Shown here one piece after another: positions 19,111 to 24,000 of a stretch of 24,000 nucleotides of DNA. Within the stretch, counting starts at the first letter, position 1; every line of letters starts with the position of its first letter. The stretch is from Acidobacteriota bacterium (lineage in GTDB: Bacteria > Acidobacteriota > Terriglobia > Acidiferrales > UBA7541). Position numbers and translations under genes: made by a program. The stretch spans positions 3,303-27,302 of the forward strand of contig JACQDH010000002.1 of assembly GCA_016201215.1 (NCBI GenBank), written 5' to 3'. The notes under the pieces were generated by a model. It worked only from the letters and a program-made list of their open reading frames with translations. It was not told the DNA's origin and ran no database searches.

Positions 19111-19331
19111 GTCTTCCGCCGTTCCGCCAAAGCGATCATGGTGCTGAGCGGTACATCGAGTGCTTCGGCTAACCTCTTTGCGGTCTCCAGAGTCGGATGA
19201 CGCTTCCCGCGTTCGATCATGCTAACGAAGGTGCGGTCCAAATCGGCGAGCTCGGCGAGCTTTTCTTGAGAAAGTCCTCGTCGAGTGCGGACTTCTCGCA
19301 CAACTTCTCCGAATCTGGCTGAAAAACTCAC
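19107..19331 (-). CDS. controller (C) protein-like XRE-family HTH regulator of the R-M system
   Basis: 74 aa with a GTG start. [41 protein letters not shown] matches the hallmark SQE.LA....DRT(Y/F)(I/V)S.IERG.R.P(S/T) pattern of R-M C proteins. It sits between the R and M genes. Confidence 0.75.
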   Translation of the reverse strand: MSFSARFGEVVREVRTRRGLSQEKLAELADLDRTFVSMIERGKRHPTLETAKRLAEALDVPLSTMIALAERRKT

Positions 19332-19337
19332 CAGTCG

Positions 19338-19877
19338 CTACACCAACCGCAGCGCCGAAATCAAATCCTCGCGCCAGTAGCCACGATAGGCCGTGGATTC
19401 TCCCAAGGAGACTCTATTGTCGATGCGGCCGCGATAGGCCTTGTGGCGAGCAAGCTTTGCGGTAGCTATGAATCGAAATTCCCACCGCTTGGTTTGGTTG
19501 AAGAGGCACGCCGCAAGGACTTGGAATTCTGAAGGCTTATAAAACCTTCCTTGTGGTCCAACCGTTTTCGCGTATCGGGTCCTCATGAAATCGACCGTAA
19601 TCTCTCCGCGTCTCAATGTTTTCTGGACGTTCTTACATTCGACAAGATATTTGCGTCCTTCAAAGAGCACCCAGAAGTCCGATTTCCCTTCCTCGACCGG
19701 CGAACCGAAGTCAGTGATCTGGCGCATGTCACGCATTGTAGTCAGATACTGTCGAAGATGCTCTTGCGCTATTCCTCCCTTAACCGCTACAAGCAAGCGA
19801 CTATTTCTATGGATTACGTCCAGGATGGTAGATGCCGGCAGGGCAAACATCTTCTCGAGCGGGTGCTCTTGACTCAT
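19338..19877 (-). CDS. Type II restriction endonuclease candidate (PD-(D/E)XK fold)
   Basis: The D-x12-E-x-K motif is SDFWVLFEGRKYLVECK (D codon 19677-19679, E 19638-19640, K 19632-19634). It is adjacent to the MTase and C gene and is low-GC. An alternative ATG at 19934 would place the C-boxes inside the ORF. No specific REase family recognised. Confidence 0.6.
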   Translation of the reverse strand: MSQEHPLEKMFALPASTILDVIHRNSRLLVAVKGGIAQEHLRQYLTTMRDMRQITDFGSPVEEGKSDFWVLFEGRKYLVECKNVQKTLRRGEITVDFMRTRYAKTVGPQGRFYKPSEFQVLAACLFNQTKRWEFRFIATAKLARHKAYRGRIDNRVSLGESTAYRGYWREDLISALRLV

Positions 19878-19907
19878 AGGCGTGATGGGACAACATGCCC
19901 CCAGTGT

Positions 19908-19932
19908 GACTAATAGTCTACGGACTATAGTC
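19908..19932 (-). promoter_or_regulatory. tandem C-box-like operator (two GACT..AGTC palindromes)
   Basis: The minus strand reads GACTATAGTC-CGTA-GACTATTAGTC (19932 down to 19908). This is two palindromes separated by 4 nt, directly upstream of the endonuclease ORF. A third degenerate copy, GACTCATAGGCGTG, lies at 19871-19884 on the plus strand and overlaps ATG 19877. Confidence 0.6.
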
Positions 19933-20012
19933 ATATATCACTTCAGGGGCGCGGGGAGATTCCGGGGATTTGTGAAATTCTGGTCCGCAGTCGAATGACT
20001 TCTGCCCGGGCG

Positions 20013-20021
20013 TGCTAGAAT
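20013..20021 (+). promoter_or_regulatory. candidate extended -10 promoter for accC at the island's right edge
   Basis: TGCTAGAAT (TGn plus TAGAAT) at 20013-20021, 26 nt upstream of the ATG at 20047. No convincing -35. Confidence 0.25.
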
Positions 20022-20046
20022 TCCCCTGCGCCCTTCCGCTGGAACC

Positions 20047-21591
20047 ATGTTCAAGAAGATTCTGATTGCGAATCGCGGCGAAATTGCCATCCGCATCCTG
20101 CGCGCCTGCCGCGAACTGAGCGTGGGCGCGGTCGCGGTGTTCAGCGAAGCGGACCGCGCTTCGCTGCACGTGCGCCTGGCCGACGAGGCCTATCCGATCG
20201 GGCCCTCGGCTTCCCGCGAAAGCTACCTGCGTATTGACAAGCTGATGGACGTCGCGCGGCGGGCGGGCTGCGACGCCCTGCACCCCGGCTACGGTTTTCT
20301 AGCCGAAAACCACGATCTGCCTCGCGCCTGCGCGGAGGCCGGGGTCACGTTCATCGGGCCGACCGCGGCGGCGATGGAGCAGTTGGGCTCGAAGACCGCG
20401 GCGCGGCAACTGGCGCGGCGCGCGGGCGTGCCCATGGTGCCCGGCACAGTGGATCCCATCGAGCAGCTCGAGGACGCGCAGCGACTCGCACGTGAGACTG
20501 GTTATCCGGTGCTGCTCAAGGCCGTGGCCGGCGGCGGGGGCAAGGGCATGCGGCTGGTCACAAGCGATGCGGAGCTGCCCGCGGCGTGGCGCGACGCCAG
20601 CTCCGAGGCGCTCAACGCCTTCGGCGATGCCCGGCTTTATCTCGAGAAGTTCCTCGAGCGCCCGCGGCACATCGAAATCCAGATCCTCGGCGACCTGCAC
20701 GGCCACCTCGTATATCTTGGCGAGCGTGAATGTTCCGTCCAGCGGCGCCACCAGAAGGTGATTGAGGAGGCGCCCTCCCCGGTGGTGGATGCCAAGCTGC
20801 GCCGCGCGATGGGCGAGGCGGCGGTGGCGCTGGCGCGCGCAGCGGGCTACACCAACGCCGGCACGATCGAATTCCTGGTGGACGCGTCGCGCAATTTTTA
20901 TTTTCTCGAGGTCAACACGCGCCTGCAGGTGGAGCATCCGGTCACGGAAGCGGTCACCGGCTTCGACCTAGTCAAGCTGCAAATCCGCGTTGCCGCGCGC
21001 GAGCCGCTGCCCTTCACGCAGGAGGATGTCGCCCTGCGCGGGCACGCCATGGAGTGCCGCATCTACGCCGAAGACCCGGACAACAACTTTTTTCCGTCGC
21101 CCGGAAAAATCCTCGCGCGGCGCGTGCCCTTCGGCCCGGGGATTCGCCTGGACGACGGCGTATATCCCGGCTGGACCGTGCCGACCGACTACGACCCGCT
21201 GTTGGGCAAACTGATTGCCTGGGGAAACGACCGCGCCGAAACCATCGCGCGCATGAAGCGGGCGCTCGAGGAATACTACATCACCGGCATCAAGACCAAC
21301 GTCGGGCTGTTCCGGAGCATCCTGGCCGACCCGGGGTTCCTGCGCGGCGAAATCCACACGCGCTGGCTTGACGACCGGTTGCAGACGTCTGCGAAACCCG
21401 CCCCGGCCGCAGCGAAGCCAGTCGACGACAGGCAGCCGCGGATGGAAGATGTGGCCCTGCTGGCCGCGGTGCTCTGGCACCTGGAAAACAACAGCGCCCC
21501 GGCGAAGGCGGCCAATCAGCAGGCGAATGCGGAATCGCGCTGGAAGCTCGAAGGCCGCCGCGCGGTGCTCGACAGGAGTCCGGGAAGGTGA
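20047..21591 (+). CDS. accC: biotin carboxylase subunit of acetyl/propionyl-CoA carboxylase (with a C-terminal extension)
   Basis: MFKKILIANRGEIAIRI, HPGYGFLAEN, GGGGKGMR, EKF...PRHIEIQ, ERECSVQRRHQK, EVNTRLQVEHPVTE and RIYAEDP are full-length canonical ATP-grasp biotin carboxylase motifs. Confidence 0.92.
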   Translation: MFKKILIANRGEIAIRILRACRELSVGAVAVFSEADRASLHVRLADEAYPIGPSASRESYLRIDKLMDVARRAGCDALHPGYGFLAENHDLPRACAEAGVTFIGPTAAAMEQLGSKTAARQLARRAGVPMVPGTVDPIEQLEDAQRLARETGYPVLLKAVAGGGGKGMRLVTSDAELPAAWRDASSEALNAFGDARLYLEKFLERPRHIEIQILGDLHGHLVYLGERECSVQRRHQKVIEEAPSPVVDAKLRRAMGEAAVALARAAGYTNAGTIEFLVDASRNFYFLEVNTRLQVEHPVTEAVTGFDLVKLQIRVAAREPLPFTQEDVALRGHAMECRIYAEDPDNNFFPSPGKILARRVPFGPGIRLDDGVYPGWTVPTDYDPLLGKLIAWGNDRAETIARMKRALEEYYITGIKTNVGLFRSILADPGFLRGEIHTRWLDDRLQTSAKPAPAAAKPVDDRQPRMEDVALLAAVLWHLENNSAPAKAANQQANAESRWKLEGRRAVLDRSPGR

Positions 21592-21640
21592 ACTGCGGCT
21601 CGGCGTTCGGCTTTCGATCCTTGGAGTGAGGAGAGCTCGG

Positions 21641-22078
21641 ATGAAATGGATTACCCGGCAACACGCCAAAGTGGATCGCGTGGCCTGTCCCTGGCTGATC
21701 CGGCGCTTCATTGATGCGGATGCCGAGTTCCTGTTTGCACCGGAGAACGAAGTGCTGAAGATCGCCGAGCGCGAAGAAGCCGTGCCGTTCGATATGCCCC
21801 GTAACCCGGAGTTGAAGTTCACCCACCACAGCGGCCTGTGCACGTTTGAAGTGCTGATCCGCGAGTTCAACCTGAAAGAGCCGGGCCTGACGCGCCTGGC
21901 GAAAATCGTACACGCGGCGGACCTCAGCGGCGAGGAGCACAAAGCTCCCGAGGCCGCGGGGCTCAAGGCCGTCGCCGAGGGTTTCCATGCGCTCAATCTG
22001 ACCGACAAGGAACGCTTGGCCTACGGTTATCCGATCTACGAGGCACTCTACGCCTGGTGCCGGAAGCAAGGAAAATGA
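21641..22078 (+). CDS. ChrB C-terminal domain-like protein (chromate-resistance 'Chrome_Resist' family)
   Basis: MKWITRQHAKVDRVACPWLIRRFIDADAEFLF matches my recollection of the conserved N-terminal signature of this family. GGAGTGAGGAG lies upstream of ATG 21641. Its stop overlaps the BCCP start (ATGA). Confidence 0.7.
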   Translation: MKWITRQHAKVDRVACPWLIRRFIDADAEFLFAPENEVLKIAEREEAVPFDMPRNPELKFTHHSGLCTFEVLIREFNLKEPGLTRLAKIVHAADLSGEEHKAPEAAGLKAVAEGFHALNLTDKERLAYGYPIYEALYAWCRKQGK

Positions 22079-22572
22079 TTCTCGACGTGCGCATCGGCGG
22101 ACGCACGCGCCGCGTGGAAGTGGAGCGGCAAGGCAGCCGGCTGCGAGTTCAGCTCGATGGCCGCGCGTTCGAAGCCGATGCGGTCGAGGTGGCCCCGGGC
22201 ACCTATTCGATCCTGCTGGACGCTCGCGCGCTGGAGGTGCGCGTGCAGCCCGCCGGCGACGCCGTGCATGTGCACGCGGGCGGGGAAGAGTTTTTGGCCG
22301 AGGTGCTCGACCCGCGCGCGTGGCGCGGCAAGCGCGGCGGGGTGCTCAAGCTCGAAGGCCGCCAGCAGATCATCGCGCCGATGCCCGGCAAGGTGGTGCG
22401 GCTGCTGGTCAAGACGGGCGACACGGTGGAGGCCGGCCAGGGCTTGCTGGTCGTCGAAGCGATGAAGATGCAGAACGAAATCCGCGCGCCCAAGACCGGC
22501 AAGGTCGAGCGGCTGGCGGTCAGCGAAGGCCAAGCGGTCAATGCCGGCGAAGTCATCGCCGTAGTCGCCTGA
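22075..22572 (+). CDS. biotin carboxyl carrier protein (biotinyl/lipoyl domain)
   Basis: The C-terminal biotinylation motif is EAMKMQNEI, within GQGLLVVEAMKMQNEIRAPKTGKV. ATG 22075 overlaps the upstream stop. Confidence 0.85.
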   Translation: MILDVRIGGRTRRVEVERQGSRLRVQLDGRAFEADAVEVAPGTYSILLDARALEVRVQPAGDAVHVHAGGEEFLAEVLDPRAWRGKRGGVLKLEGRQQIIAPMPGKVVRLLVKTGDTVEAGQGLLVVEAMKMQNEIRAPKTGKVERLAVSEGQAVNAGEVIAVVA

Positions 22573-22581
22573 TACGCCCTT

Positions 22582-22610
22582 CCTCTGTAGCCCGCCTTTT
22601 CAGAGGCGGG
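22582..22610 (+). terminator. stem-loop after the BCCP gene
   Basis: CCCGCC (22591-22596) pairs with GGCGGG (22605-22610). An alternative stem is CCTCTG/CAGAGG. It starts 10 nt after the stop. The T-tract is weak (ATT). Confidence 0.35.
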
Positions 22611-22640
22611 ATTCCCCGGCATGTGAGTGGAGGAAAGAGC

Positions 22641-22660
22641 CTCGCGTCTGAAGACGCGAG
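22641..22660. terminator. stem-loop between convergent genes (BCCP and PPIase)
   Basis: A perfect 8-bp stem, CTCGCGTC-TGAA-GACGCGAG. An A-rich stretch on the plus side could act as the U-tract for the minus-strand transcript. Confidence 0.4.
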
Positions 22661-22700
22661 CTGCACAATCTCGAATCTCTGAATGGTGAGGTTGGGGATG

Positions 22701-23771
22701 CTACTTCTTGGCCGGGGCCGCGGCTTTGGCGGCGCCGGGCAGCTTGCCGGCCGATTCGACCACCTGACGGGCCAGATAGTTTGCCACCTTGGCATCATCG
22801 CGCGCGGTGGCCAGGTAAGCGGCGCGGAGCAACTGCTCCTTGCGGTTGCGCAGGGCGTCGCGGATGGACTGCTGCACCTGTGGGTCGGAAAGGTCGCGCT
22901 GGCCCGGGGCCTCGCGGGAGATGAGCTTAAGGATGCGGTAGTTGTCGCGCAGCGCGATCACCCCGCTGAGCTGGCCGGGCTTGAGCGCCAGCACCGTCTT
23001 CTTCAGCGCCGGGTCCGACTGGGAGAGCGCGGATTCAGGGATGTAGCCCAGGTCGCCGCCGGTCGCGGCGGTGGTGGGATCTTCCGAGTAGTCCATGGCG
23101 AGCTGGGAGAAGTCGGCACCACCGTTGAGCCGTTCGAGCAGCGCGGCACACTTGCGGCGGGCTTCAACGTCGGTGGTGGCGTCGTCGTTCTTGCGGTTGC
23201 GCACCTGCGGGTCCCTGCGCGGCGTGACCACCATCTGCGCGATGCGGTACTGTGGCTCGGCCACGTTGAACTGTGCGCGATTCTGGTTGAAGAAGTCGGT
23301 GACGTCCTGGTCGGTGATGGAGATCTTGGCCACCACTTCGCGGTTGATCAGCTTCTTGACGGAGAGTTGCCGGCGAAGATCGCGCTTCAGATCGTCCACG
23401 GTGACGCCGCGGTCCTTCATCTGCCGCTGGAATTCGTCTTCGGTGTAGGGGCTCTTGAACTCGGTGAATTTGTCCTCGACCTCGCCGTCGCTGGCCTCTA
23501 GGCCCGCGGCCTTGGCGCGCTCGAGCAAGATTTCGTTGCTGATTAGCTCGTCGAGGATGTTCAGCTTGAGCGAGAGGGCCTCTTCCTGCGAAGGCTCCTG
23601 ACCCTGGGGGGTTACGCGGCTGCGGTAGTACTTTTCGACCTCGTCGCGCTTGATCTCCTTGCCGTTGACCGTGGCCCACACGTCGGGCGCCGGTGGCGCC
23701 TGCTTCTTGCAGGCCGGCGCGCAGACCAGCGCCGCCAGAATCCCCAGGGCTGCGACCAGGCGTTTCAGCAC
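22701..23771 (-). CDS. SurA/PrsA-like peptidyl-prolyl cis-trans isomerase lipoprotein (parvulin domain)
   Basis: The GTG start is preceded by AAGGAG. Signal/lipobox: LAALVCAPAC. It has a SurA-N-like helical region and a parvulin core (GGDLGYI...LKPGQLSGVI...YRILKL). Confidence 0.8.
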   Translation of the reverse strand: MLKRLVAALGILAALVCAPACKKQAPPAPDVWATVNGKEIKRDEVEKYYRSRVTPQGQEPSQEEALSLKLNILDELISNEILLERAKAAGLEASDGEVEDKFTEFKSPYTEDEFQRQMKDRGVTVDDLKRDLRRQLSVKKLINREVVAKISITDQDVTDFFNQNRAQFNVAEPQYRIAQMVVTPRRDPQVRNRKNDDATTDVEARRKCAALLERLNGGADFSQLAMDYSEDPTTAATGGDLGYIPESALSQSDPALKKTVLALKPGQLSGVIALRDNYRILKLISREAPGQRDLSDPQVQQSIRDALRNRKEQLLRAAYLATARDDAKVANYLARQVVESAGKLPGAAKAAAPAKK

Positions 23772-23808
23772 ACAGGCTCCTTTGTTGTCCGATGCGGGAA
23801 ACGCCGGC

Positions 23809-24000
23809 TTAGGCGGCCTTCTTCACCCGGCCGGAGCGAATGCAGGCGGTGCAGACGCGCACGTGCTTGCGCACGCCGTTGACCATCGCCCGGACGCGGC
23901 GCAGGTTTGCGTTCCAGCGGCGCCGGCGCACATTGTGGGCATGGCTGATGATGTTGCCGTAGCTCGGACCCTTGCCGCAAATCTCGCACTTCTGGGCCAT
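23809..24000 (-). CDS. rpmB: 50S ribosomal protein L28
   Basis: MAQKCEICGKGPSYGNIISHAHNVRRRRWNANLRRVRA...VRVCTACIRSG is the canonical L28 pattern. The ATG sits exactly at the window end (23998-24000, complement). Confidence 0.9.
   Translation of the reverse strand: MAQKCEICGKGPSYGNIISHAHNVRRRRWNANLRRVRAMVNGVRKHVRVCTACIRSGRVKKAA

Noticed and set aside
18158-20000. Candidate flanking direct repeats of the R-M cassette (AAATGGTCTGTTGACT on the left versus AAATTCTGGTCCGCAGTCGAATGACT on the right).
   Set aside because: The similarity is limited to short, gapped words (TGGTCYG, TGACT). This is too weak to call a target-site duplication or att site without statistics.

Overview
High-GC (hand-sampled roughly 62-75% G+C) bacterial chromosomal segment. 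It is densely packed, mostly with plus-strand housekeeping genes. In order: the 3' part of a sigma-54 activator, rlmH, hypothetical lipoproteins, cobO, an accD-folC fusion ORF, a class-I glutamine amidotransferase, an SDR reductase, a Tat-signal class-V aminotransferase, hslV plus a damaged hslU, an FN3 lipoprotein, a FAH-family hydrolase, transaldolase, an acyl-CoA carboxylase cluster (carboxyltransferase, biotin carboxylase, BCCP), and on the minus strand a SurA/PrsA-like PPIase and rpmB. The taxon cannot be fixed from sequence alone; Acidobacteriota-like is only a guess. The clear accessory element is a ~1.85 kb low-GC cassette (about 18160-19990) wedged between the carboxyltransferase and biotin carboxylase genes. 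It encodes a beta-class SPPF amino-methyltransferase, a small C-protein-like HTH and a PD-(D/E)XK endonuclease, with a tandem GACT..AGTC C-box-like operator. This is a controller-regulated Type II R-M system with unusual R-then-C gene order. Its left border carries a relic duplicate of the carboxyltransferase 3' end that differs only at synonymous positions. Several core genes carry lesions: hslU has a Walker-A frameshift and a ~50-codon in-frame deletion, accD is fused in frame to a folC lacking its P-loop, and one in-frame TAA splits a two-domain lipoprotein. No rRNA, tRNA, CRISPR array, transposase or integrase was recognised. Many long antisense ORFs in the track are GC-driven shadow ORFs.
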